A DNA stretch of 23,936 nt from an uncultured bacterium (GTDB lineage: Bacteria; Verrucomicrobiota; Verrucomicrobiia; Limisphaerales; UBA8199). The DNA lies in NCBI GenBank assembly GCA_963749495.1, contig CAVVMW010000020.1, positions 1-23,936 on the forward strand, in the 5' to 3' direction. Of the stretch, positions 1-8,654 are shown in pieces (position 1 is the stretch's first letter; each line of letters begins with the position of its first letter). The notes below the pieces were generated by a model. That model was given only the letters and a program-made list of their open reading frames with translations, made no database searches and was not told the origin of the DNA. A program made the position numbers and the translations under genes.

Positions 1-1145
1 CTAGGGATGCCCGCCCCGATGGACATAGCCGTCAGCGGCATGGACCTGAACGCCGCGCACGCGACCGCGAGCCAAATCGCGCAGAAGGTCCGCCGCCTCC
101 CCGGCGTGAGTGACGGCTGGTCCCGCAAGACATGGATTACCCGGCCTTGAAACTGGACATTGATCGCGTGCGGGCGGATCAATGGGGCTTGAGCGCCAAA
201 GAGGCGGTGAGCAGTATCATCGCGGCACTCACTTCAGATGCGATGATTGCCCCCAGCTATTGGGTGGATCCCAAAACCGGCAACGATTACTTCCTCACCG
301 TGCAATACCCCGAGGACTACGTGACGAATCTGCTGGATCTCGGTTCGCTGCCGCTGCGGGCGGCGCACTTGCTCAAGACGACCCGGCTGGATAGCCTCAG
401 CGAGGTCTCGCGCTCCAAGGCGCCGACCGAAGTGGATCATTACCAATTGCGGCGGGTCGTGGATGTTTACGTGGCGCCGAACGGCGAGGACCTCCAGGGA
501 GTCTATGACGGCGTGCAGAAGGTGATTGACCAGACGCCCCTGCCCGAAGGGGTGCGGGTGAAGGTGCGAGGCTCGGTGCAAGCCATGCGCACCTCGTTCA
601 AGAGTTTCGGGCTCGGGCTGATTCTGGCCACGCTGTTGGTCTATCTCATCCTGGCCGCACAGTTCGAGTCGTTCCTGGACCCACTGCTGATCCTGCTGGC
701 GGTGCCGACCGGGTTGACCGGCGTTTTGCTGATGCTCTGCCTCACCGGCACCACCGTGAACGTCATGTCGTTGATGGGGGTGGTAATGATGGTGGGCATC
801 GTGGTGTCCAACAGCATCCTCATCGTCGAATTTACGCGCCGCCTCCGAAGAGAGGGAAAGCCGTTGCGTGAAGCCGTCTCACTGGCGTGCCGGGTGCGCC
901 TGCGTCCGGTCTTGATGACATCGCTGGCGACGCTCATAGGGTTGCTGCCTCTGGCGGCCAAGCTGGGCACCGGCAGCGAGGCCTATGCTCCTTTGGCGCG
1001 CGCCATCATCGGAGGTTTGGCGGCCTCGGTGGTGCTGACCGTGTTCATCGTCCCCGCCGCGTATTATGCCATTTATTGTCGACGCCAGCCCAGCCCGCCG
1101 GAAGGGGGAGCCCAAGCCGCCAGCGAACCTCATGGAGCGACTTGA
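1..1145 (+). CDS. RND efflux transporter permease subunit (AcrB/CusA family), 3' part; 5' truncated by window edge; apparent 1-nt frameshift at ~115
   Basis: ORF 132..1145 has C-terminal RND TM helices and motifs (LAAQFES, GIVVSNSILIVEF, RLRPVLMTSLAT, PLARAIIGGL). Frame 1 from base 1 reads LGMPAPMDIAVSG...LPGVSD. Adding one T (gac g[t]g ctg gtc ccg caa gac atg) joins it to the ORF as DVLVPQDMDYP. Confidence 0.92.
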
Positions 1146-1219
1146 GAGGCAAACCTGCACAGTTAACGCTTACCATGGTAGTCCGTGTGAACTAATCCCA
1201 TCGATCTGGTCATTTAACC

Positions 1220-2883
1220 TCAGCGATGGCCACCGCCACCGCCGCCGTTGCCGCCACCACTGAAGCCACCTCCATGGGATCCACCTCCGAAGGAACCGCC
1301 GCCGCCGTGAAATCCACCGCTGAAACCGCCTGTGTGAGAGCCACCCCCAAATGAGCCTCCGCGGTACTCACCAAAAGACCCGAACGATCCACCGCCGCCA
1401 AAACCCCCGGAAAATGAACCGCCACTGTAATAGCGAGGGACCGAGGCCATCGGCACGCTATCGGGCCGGCTTCCCCCGGAAAACGGTGCCTGGCGATACC
1501 CGCCGAAAGAGCTTCCACTTGGCAGCGCCCAAGCCGTGCCTCGACTCGTTTCTGCGCTGTTTTGGCGCTCGGCCGAGGTCCTGAGACGAGCAGACCCCCC
1601 GCGGTTTTCAAAGGCGCTGGCCTGAGCGGACTGGACATTCCGACTGGTGGCGGAGGTCGAACCTGGCTGGCGGGCTCCACTCCACCATGGCGCGCCTGTG
1701 CTCGCCGTTGTCAGAGCTGCCCGGCCTTGGGAAGCCTGGTGAGCCGACTGCATCATCGAAAGGTTCGGCCGAGGCCGGCGTCCCAAAGAAGGTGTTCCCA
1801 CGATGAGGATCATGGTGCCAGACTACCGGGTTACCTGCATGGCCCCCAGCTCCCGTGCGGCCCCCATCACCGCCGTGCTCGAAGCGGCCGCCATGACCGA
1901 AATCCCTGTCGTGGTGGAAATGGTGAAAATCGTCAAAACCACCAAACAAGCACACCGTCCCGAACGGAACGAAGCCGCATCCACCCCAGAAGCCACAGGG
2001 CTGCCACCAGCACCAGGGCGTGGGCGCAAGCCAGCCTGGACCCCAATCATAACAGGTACCTCGGGCGCCCAGTCATAGTACGGACCCGCATAATTCCGGA
2101 TAGTAATCGGGCGCAGGCGCAGGCGCTGCGTAGCCCAATGGCGCGACCAGGTCGCTCTCCGACGCGGCTTGAGGCGCCAGCGGAGCCACGGGCGCAGTCG
2201 GGACCAGCGGCGCATCCGGGAATCTGGAGCGCGGGCGCATATTGCCCTGGCGCAACCGGGGGTGGTGCGGCTTGGCCAGGCGCAGACTGGGCTGGCTGCT
2301 GTTCCGGTTTGGTTTGGGCCTGGTATGCCTTGCAGGCGGTCTCGTAAGCGCCGGTGAAAGCGATTTGTTTGGCCAATAGAGCCGAACTTTGGCCAGGCCG
2401 TGCTTGGCATGTTCGGAGAGTGCCGTCTTGTCGGCCTTGAGGTCGTACCAGGCGACCAACTCACCGGCCGTGTGCGCGACGAACTGGTTCTCGGGAGCAA
2501 ACTGGCCCGCCAGATTGATGGCGGAGACCGCCTCTGGCATCTGCCCCCGGCGGGCAGCCACGTAGGCGACTACACCCCAGGCTAAGCCGTTGCTGAACTG
2601 CAGGGACGTGAGCATTCGGGCCTGATGATACGCCATTTCCTGGAGGCCCAGATCGACCATCCGGGCAACGTAGGCCTCATAGAGCTTAGCGTCGTAGCGG
2701 TCGAGGGCGATGCCGTTGGCGTAGGCGCTTACGACGGCTGAGGGATCGGGAGCCTGTTGAATGGCCTGGATGGCAGCGGCGTGTGCCGGGAGCGGGCGTT
2801 GATGCCGCCCACGCCGCTCCGGCCGTCGCCAGCACACAACAGGGAATCAACCAAAGACTCGGGGCTTTCGGCAAGGTTTTCAT
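1220..2883 (-). pseudogene. Secreted protein with helical (TPR-like) N-domain, Pro-rich linker, Trp/Tyr/Gly-rich segment and Gly-rich tail; about 6 frameshifts (error or decay)
   Basis: A coherent protein can be stitched across frames: signal-like MKTLPKAPSLWLIPCCVLATAGAAWA, helical AYVARMVDLGLQEMAYHQA...AWGVVAYVAARRGQ, Pro-rich APGQAAPPPVAP, YDWGPGWLAPTPWCWWQP, and a Gly-rich tail ending GGGHR. Shifts near 2788, 2382, 2219, 2096, 2060 and 1770. Confidence 0.7.
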
Positions 2884-2960
2884 GATTCTGGCCCTTTCAC
2901 AGGAATCGTTGCCAGTGGGGCGAGCAGATGAGGGTGATTATCCGGCGTCATTGTATTCAT
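2880..2960 (-). CDS. 26-aa leader ORF MNTMTPDNHPHLLAPLATIPVKGPES, homologous to the N-terminus of the Hsp20 at 7012
   Basis: Translated by hand. Its stop overlaps the 2883 ATG (ATGA). It aligns with MNATMPESCHPPLAPLAVIP of Hsp20. Confidence 0.45.
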   Translation of the reverse strand: MNTMTPDNHPHLLAPLATIPVKGPES

Positions 2961-3007
2961 AATCACTGCACCCGGAACACAGTCTAATTGTCCCGTCTCT
3001 CATGTTT

Positions 3008-3024
3008 AGCTTTGGGTATGCCAA
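3008..3024 (-). promoter_or_regulatory. sigma54 (-24/-12) promoter P1
   Basis: Minus strand TTGGCATACCCAAAGCT has GG-N10-GC spacing, upstream of the 2960/2883 starts. Confidence 0.75.
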
Positions 3025-3096
3025 GCGCGAAAAAAAACAGTTTCACTCGTTTTTCAGGGTTTCCTGATCGTTTGAAACAAGAAGGGGCTTCCGCTC

Positions 3097-3136
3097 GTGG
3101 CACATCCGGTTCCACCAATGGTCTAAAGCGAACCAC
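3097..3136. promoter_or_regulatory. Tandem palindromic enhancer (putative bEBP UAS) for P1
   Basis: GTGGCACATCCGGTTCCAC-ca-ATGGTCTAAAGCGAACCAC: two 19-mers 21 bp apart, 75 bp from the -24 GG. Confidence 0.7.
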
Positions 3137-3181
3137 TTGCCGGTTTCTTCCGTCCCTGGCGATCCGCCTGGCGGCCGTGGC

Positions 3182-5593
3182 TCAGCGCAGGTTCAGATGG
3201 CCGAAAAGCCACACTTTGAGCCAGTCGAGGCCGGCGAAATAGACGATCCCTGCGCCCGCTACGCCCAAGAGAAATGCCGCGCTGAGCGCGGGCATGAGGA
3301 TGCCGCCCAGCACGAGGGCGGTGGTGACACCCAGGCCCAAAACCGAACTGCCCACGAGGAAACGGCTGGGCTGCGACTGCCAAAAGTGCCCTCGTTCTCG
3401 CAGGAGATAAACCCCGGCCTGCGAGCTGAGGATCAACGTGGCAAACATCAGGGTTTGAAGATGCGGCATGTCCAGGTGGAGCGCATGATCGCCGCACAAG
3501 AAGACACCGAGTGAGAACACCAGCTTGCACGCGGCGAGGACGGTGGCAGCCAGGAGAATGCCGCGGGTGTTCCAGCGGTTCGGGCGCCGGGAGTATTGCA
3601 TCCGATCCGTCGAGAGGGACATGGTAAGGAAGTCATTAAGGAAAAGGAACAGCACCATCAGCAGCGGGGTGATCGGCTTATGCCCGGTCAACAGAAAGCC
3701 GATGACCAACAGCGCCATGATCTCGATCTTCTTGATCAGCATGTTGAGTGTATAGGTAATGATCCGCTGGAACACGAGGCGGCTCGTCTCGATCGCAGGC
3801 AGCATCCCGCCCAGTCCCGGGCGGGTCAACACCATGGCCGCGGCGGCTTTCGCCACGTCCGTGGCGTTGGCCACGGCTATGCCGGCTTCAGCCTGACGCA
3901 GCGCCGGAGCATCATTGACGCCGTCCCCGCTCATCCCGACCACCTCGCCACGGCGCTGGAAAGCCCGGACCAGCCGGAACTTGTCTTCCGGAAACACACC
4001 GGCAAAAACACCGCAATCGAGCGCGTCTCCGCACAGGTCACCCTGGAGCTTTTCGGGGGAGCAAATGTTGCCTGAGATGCCGACCTGTTCGGCCACACTG
4101 CGCGCCGTGAGGGCATTGTCGCCCGTGACCATGACGATGCGGACGCCCGCGTCGCGGATGGCACTCACGATCGACTTCGAATCCTCGCGGACCGCGTCCT
4201 CCAGCCCCAGCAGACCGACGAGGCGCATTTGGCCGTCGGTTCCTTCGGCCACCCCCAGGACACGTTGCCCGCGCTCAACGATGATTTCAGCCTGCGGTTG
4301 CCAGACAGTGTCGGCGGCGCCGGTCAGTTTCGCGACCACCGCGGGGGCGCCCTTCATGAAGTGACGGGGGCCGTCTTTGTCTCGATACACAGCCTCAGCG
4401 CGCTTGCTGGCCGGGTCGAACGGCTTGAAGTCTATTCGTTCCAATTCGCCGTCCTGCCAGCCGCGGTCGGCGGCGGCCTTGATGATCGCGCCATCCACGG
4501 GGTCTTGACCGGCGGGGTCGCTGGCCAACGCGGCGGCACGCAAGAGATCCTCTTCGGATGCGCCAGGGGCAGGCCAGAGGGCGTTTACGGCGGCCCGGTT
4601 GCGGGTCAGGGTCCCGGTCTTGTCGCTGCACAACACGGTCATGGAGGCGATGTCGTGAAGCGCGCCCAGGCGCGTGATGAGCACGCCGTGTTTGGAAAGT
4701 TCCACTGAGCCCAGCGCTGCTGCGAGCGTGAAGGTAGCCGGCAACGCGACGGGAATGGAGGCGAGCAGGATGGTCAACAGCAACGGCAGGATGAACCCGA
4801 TGGACATTCCAACGTGGTGGGCGTAGCCGATCACGATTACGATCATCGCCGCGTTGAGGACAAAGAGGTTTTTCACTACGCCCACAATCTCATGCTCCTG
4901 CCGGTTGGCCGAACCGGCCGTACGGACGAGTTCGGCTGTCTTCCCGAAGAAGGTGCGGGCCCCAGTGGCAGTGACTTCACCGGTGGCCTCGCCCCCGCGC
5001 ACCATGGACCCCGCGTAGGCCGTCTTGCCACTCTCGATGGAAGCCGCGGCGGATTCGCCGGTGAGGGCCGATTGGTCCACGAGGAGTGACCCTTCCTCCA
5101 ACTTCACGTCGGCGGGCACAATGCTGCCCTGGCGCAGATGAAGGACATCGCCCGGCACCAATTCTTCTGCCGGCACCGTCGTCCACGCACCGTCGCGGCG
5201 AACGCGGGCCAGCACATGCAGTTGTTGACGCAGGAGCGCCAGGGCCTTTTGCGCGCGGCCTTCTTGCAGCAGGCTCAACGTCGCGTTTAACACGAGGAGT
5301 CCGCCGATCACGGCCGCTTCTACTTCCTCACGGAGAAAGAGTTGGATGATGATGGTCGCTTCCAGCAACCAAGGGATGGGCGCCCAGAACCGTTTGACGA
5401 AGGCCCTCAGCGGGTGGGCTTTTTCCTCCACCACCGCATTGGGGCCGAACTGCTTCAACCGGGCTTGCGCGTCGGCGGTGCTCAGGCCGCGGTGGTTATG
5501 ATTGGTGATCCGGGGGGCCGTCGTGCTGCTAACGCGACTGGTGGCGATGTCTGGCATTCCATTACGCGGCCACGGGGCACTGTGGCGCCTCAT
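3182..5593 (-). CDS. P-type ATPase, plasma-membrane H+-transporting (P3A) type
   Basis: Motifs TGES, phosphorylation site DKTGTLT, KGAP, MVTGD and GDGVNDAPAL. M4 IPVALP and M6 FLNDF resemble P3A proton pumps. No heavy-metal CPx motif. Start at 5593 (ATGA overlap) or slightly downstream. Confidence 0.88.
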   Translation of the reverse strand: MRRHSAPWPRNGMPDIATSRVSSTTAPRITNHNHRGLSTADAQARLKQFGPNAVVEEKAHPLRAFVKRFWAPIPWLLEATIIIQLFLREEVEAAVIGGLLVLNATLSLLQEGRAQKALALLRQQLHVLARVRRDGAWTTVPAEELVPGDVLHLRQGSIVPADVKLEEGSLLVDQSALTGESAAASIESGKTAYAGSMVRGGEATGEVTATGARTFFGKTAELVRTAGSANRQEHEIVGVVKNLFVLNAAMIVIVIGYAHHVGMSIGFILPLLLTILLASIPVALPATFTLAAALGSVELSKHGVLITRLGALHDIASMTVLCSDKTGTLTRNRAAVNALWPAPGASEEDLLRAAALASDPAGQDPVDGAIIKAAADRGWQDGELERIDFKPFDPASKRAEAVYRDKDGPRHFMKGAPAVVAKLTGAADTVWQPQAEIIVERGQRVLGVAEGTDGQMRLVGLLGLEDAVREDSKSIVSAIRDAGVRIVMVTGDNALTARSVAEQVGISGNICSPEKLQGDLCGDALDCGVFAGVFPEDKFRLVRAFQRRGEVVGMSGDGVNDAPALRQAEAGIAVANATDVAKAAAAMVLTRPGLGGMLPAIETSRLVFQRIITYTLNMLIKKIEIMALLVIGFLLTGHKPITPLLMVLFLFLNDFLTMSLSTDRMQYSRRPNRWNTRGILLAATVLAACKLVFSLGVFLCGDHALHLDMPHLQTLMFATLILSSQAGVYLLRERGHFWQSQPSRFLVGSSVLGLGVTTALVLGGILMPALSAAFLLGVAGAGIVYFAGLDWLKVWLFGHLNLR

Positions 5594-6052
5594 TCAGCCC
5601 ACTGCCCCTCGGGGACACTGCCGGTTGCCGAATCAGGAAACACTTCGGCAATCTCGCGAGGAAGTTCCTGGTAAAGCCGGCGCTTGGAAATGAACGCGTG
5701 AGCCCCTTGGGCCAGACACGTTGCCCTCACGTCATCCGAGTCGTCGTCGGCGATGATGATGACGCGGGTTGCGGGATGATATTCGCGGATGAGCGCCAGG
5801 CTTTGGAGCCCGTTGAGGCCGCGCAGTTGGAGGTCCAGGAGGGCGAGTTGGGGCTTTTGCTCGGCCACCATTTCCAGCGCCTGGCAGCCATCGCCGACAC
5901 TGCCCAGGACTTCCAGACCCGGAAGGGCCTCGATGACCATTTTGAGCCTTTCCCGATAGAGCCTCGCTATCGTCCGCGATCACGATGCTGACCCGCGTGT
6001 GGGGTTCTGACGTTACGTTTGGCTGGTCGTGGTTTCTGGGAGAACATTTCAT
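5590..6052 (-). CDS. Stand-alone receiver-domain response regulator; 1-nt frameshift at ~5965
   Basis: The 6052 frame gives ...SIVIADDSE. Removing one G gives DDSELYRERLKMVIEALP, joining ORF 5590..5940 (LALLDLQLRGLNG, AFISK). Confidence 0.82.
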
Positions 6053-6083
6053 ATCTGTGAGCCCGGCAAAGAGGGATCAGGTG

Positions 6084-6575
6084 TCAAAGTACTGTTCTTG
6101 GAAACAGCTTTCGGATCACCGCTTGCAACTGGGTGAACAGGCTCTGCTTTCCGACAAACCCGTCCGTGCCGGCTGCGCTGGCCGCGGCGCGGCATTCCGG
6201 GGTATCGTCCGCCGTGACCATGATGACCGCCGGCGCTTGAGAGGACGCTTTGATCCGGCGGGTCGCCTCCAATCCGTTCATTCCCGGCAACCGCAAGTCC
6301 ATCAAGACCAAATCCGGCTGTAGCTCGACCACCCGGCGTAACGCATGGTACCCGTCCGTGGCGGTGCCGACGAGTTGAACGCCGTTCTGCCGTTCGAGAA
6401 ACAGGCTAAGGATCTTCAGGATAATCGGCGAATCGTCCACGACCAGGGCGCGAATTGGCCTGCCGTTGACCCCGGCTTCTGCTGGACCGTATTCAGCCGC
6501 CGCTCGGCGCGGAAGCGCCTTACTTTCCATCGGACCCTTGCGGCTGGCTTCCCGGCAGTGACTAAGGGAGTTCAT
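6084..6575 (-). CDS. Stand-alone receiver-domain response regulator (NarL-like REC, no output domain)
   Basis: LVVDD, LVLMDLRLPGMNG, MVT, FVGK. Start uncertain; 6575 has an ATGA overlap with the hsp20 stop. Confidence 0.9.
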   Translation of the reverse strand: MNSLSHCREASRKGPMESKALPRRAAAEYGPAEAGVNGRPIRALVVDDSPIILKILSLFLERQNGVQLVGTATDGYHALRRVVELQPDLVLMDLRLPGMNGLEATRRIKASSQAPAVIMVTADDTPECRAAASAAGTDGFVGKQSLFTQLQAVIRKLFPRTVL

Positions 6576-7012
6576 GACGCGGAGCTGAGCTTCAACGCCG
6601 GGAGCGTGTCGGCTGTGGGCGGGTTCTGCATGAGCGGCCTGACCTTGCGCACGCGCAATTCGAGGACGGTCTCCTTAAAAGCCGAGTCTATCTCCACTCT
6701 GCTGGCATCATCCGGCAGCGCGAAACGGCGCTCGAAATACCCGTGCGGGCGCTCGATTCGCAGGCACTTTTTATTTTCCTGCCATGGGTTTGGACGTTCT
6801 CCGGAGATGAACAGCCCGTCTCTCTCCACAACCACTCGGAGGTCCTCCGGTCTGACTTCGGGCAGGTCGAGCTTGAACAGGTACTCCTCGGGGTCTTCCA
6901 GGATGTCGACCGGTGGAAACCAATCGGCCTCTCCATTGCCCCTTTGAAAGGCAGGAATCACCGCCAGTGGGGCTAGCGGAGGATGGCAGCTTTCGGGCAT
7001 CGTTGCATTCAT
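6572..7012 (-). CDS. Hsp20/alpha-crystallin small heat-shock protein
   Basis: WFPPVDILED, LDLPEV, ISGER, RIERPHGYFERRFALP, VLELRVRK. Start set at 7012 from promoter position and homology to the 2960 ORF. Confidence 0.9.
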   Translation of the reverse strand: MNATMPESCHPPLAPLAVIPAFQRGNGEADWFPPVDILEDPEEYLFKLDLPEVRPEDLRVVVERDGLFISGERPNPWQENKKCLRIERPHGYFERRFALPDDASRVEIDSAFKETVLELRVRKVRPLMQNPPTADTLPALKLSSAS

Positions 7013-7060
7013 TGTCATTGAACCCGAAACACCATTTGACGTCCCGGGCACTGCACGTCC

Positions 7061-7077
7061 AGCTTTGGGTGTGCCAA
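7061..7077 (-). promoter_or_regulatory. sigma54 promoter P2 for the hsp20-REC-REC-ATPase operon
   Basis: Minus strand TTGGCACACCCAAAGCT, GG-N10-GC. Confidence 0.8.
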
Positions 7078-7150
7078 AGGCGGAGAAACCACGGTTTCGC
7101 TCTTTTCTCAGGGTTTCTTGATCGTTCGAAACGAAGGGGGGCGATCAACT

Positions 7151-7190
7151 GTGGAACATCCGGTTCCACCCGTGGTCTAAAGCGAACCAC
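7151..7190. promoter_or_regulatory. Tandem palindromic enhancer for P2
   Basis: Perfect GTGGAAC-atccg-GTTCCAC, then cc, then GTGGT-ctaaagcga-ACCAC; 76 bp from the -24 GG. Confidence 0.75.
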
Positions 7191-7217
7191 TTGACGGTTT
7201 CCTCCGTCGGCATCCAT

Positions 7218-8654
7218 CACGGGGCTCGATTCTTTCTCTGTGTCCTCGCGTGAAGGATGCAAGCCGAGCTGGATCAGTTTCTCGCGCATTCTGAGCCGCG
7301 TGACACCCAGCCAACGGGCGGCTTTGGCCTGGTTGCCCTGGGCAAGGCGGATGGCTTGCGTGAAGAGTTCCGGCTCAAGGTCGGCAATCATTTTCAGGTA
7401 GGCGTTTTGTTCTTCCCCGCGCTGCGCGCGGGCCAGCAGGTCGGCAATGTAGGCCGAGTGGCTCTGGCTGGCGATCGCCGGCGGTCTGTGGGCTTTGGCC
7501 AACACCTGTCGCACATGGTCCAGGCTGATGGCAAAGGGTCGCGCGAGCAGCAGCGCCTGACGCACGACATTTTCCAGTTCCCGGACGTTGCCGGGCCAGG
7601 GCTGGCTTTGCAGAAACGAAACCGCTTCCGGCTGAATCGAGGGGGTTTTGATGCCGACCTCCCCGGCGTACCGGCTAATGAAGAACCGGACAAGGTCCGG
7701 GACGTCTTCGGCCCGTTCGCCCAGGGCCGGCAGGTAAATGGTAACGACGCTGAGGCGGTAGTACAAATCCTCGCGAAACTCCTTTTCCTGGATGGCGGTT
7801 TCCAAATCGCGATGAGTCGCCGCCAGCACACGGACATCCACGGAGATAGCGGCATCGCCGCCCAACCGCTGGATGGACCTTTCCTGCAGCACGCGCAGTA
7901 ACTTCGCCTGCGTATTGGCATTGAGATCGCCGATCTCGTCCAGGAAGATCGTCCCCCCATGGGCCTGTTCGAATCGGCCAATGCGCCGGGCTTGGGCGCC
8001 GGTGAATGAACCGCGCTCGTGGCCGAACAGTTCACTCTCCAGGAGCGTCTCCGGAATCGCCGCGCAATTGACGGCGATAAATGGTTTGCCGGAGCGGTCG
8101 CTGTGCTGGTAGAGGGCCCGGGCGATCAGCTCTTTCCCAGTGCCGGTCGCCCCCCGGATGAGCACGGTCGCCGGGGTGGCGGCGACTCGGCCGACTTCTT
8201 TGTAAATGCCCTGCATGACGCGACTCTTGCCGATGATGGCGAACCGCGCGGAGCGGGCTTCGCCCATCTCAACGGGTTCGGACATGAGCCGGGAATGGCT
8301 AACCGCCGCCGCGACAACGTCGAGCAAGTCGTCGGCTTCAAAGGGTTTAACGAGATACTCGTAGGCCCCGATCTTGGTCGCTTCGATGGCGGTGTCGGTC
8401 GTGCCGTGGGCCGTCATCATGATGATGGGGAGCTTTGGTTTGGCGGCGCGGAGCTGAGCGGCCAGCTCCAGGCCGCTGAGGCCCGGCAGCTTCAAATCGG
8501 TCAGGACCAGGTCAAAGGACCCGGCCGTGGCTTGGGCCAAGCCGTCGTCTCCTCGCTCCGCAAGGTCCACTCCGTAGCCTTCCGCCTGCAGCACCTTCCG
8601 CAACGCTGAGGCAGTGCCCGAGTCATCTTCGATCAGCAATATCTTTGGTTGCAT
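7218..8654 (-). CDS. Sigma54-dependent enhancer-binding response regulator (NtrC family: REC-AAA+-Fis HTH)
   Basis: MQPKILLIEDD at 8654, LTDLKLPG, Walker A GATGTGKE, ESELFGHERGSFTGA, Walker B FLDEIG, WPGNVRELEN, and HTH QGNQAKAARWLGVTR. As sequenced the frame reads on to 6771. The probable true stop is near 7218 (agc ccc gtg a becomes agc ccg tga with one C fewer). Confidence 0.93.

Larger units (their letters stand above)
2890..3154. repeat. Copy A of a ~265-bp diverged direct repeat (copy B at ~6940-7208)
   Basis: 3097-3154 matches 7151-7208 at 53/58. Similarity continues through the promoter (agctttgggtRtgccaa) and leader (caggaatc...gccagtggggc). Confidence 0.9.
6940..7208. repeat. Copy B of the ~265-bp diverged direct repeat
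   Basis: See copy A. Covers the UAS, the sigma54 box and the hsp20 5' end. Confidence 0.9.
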
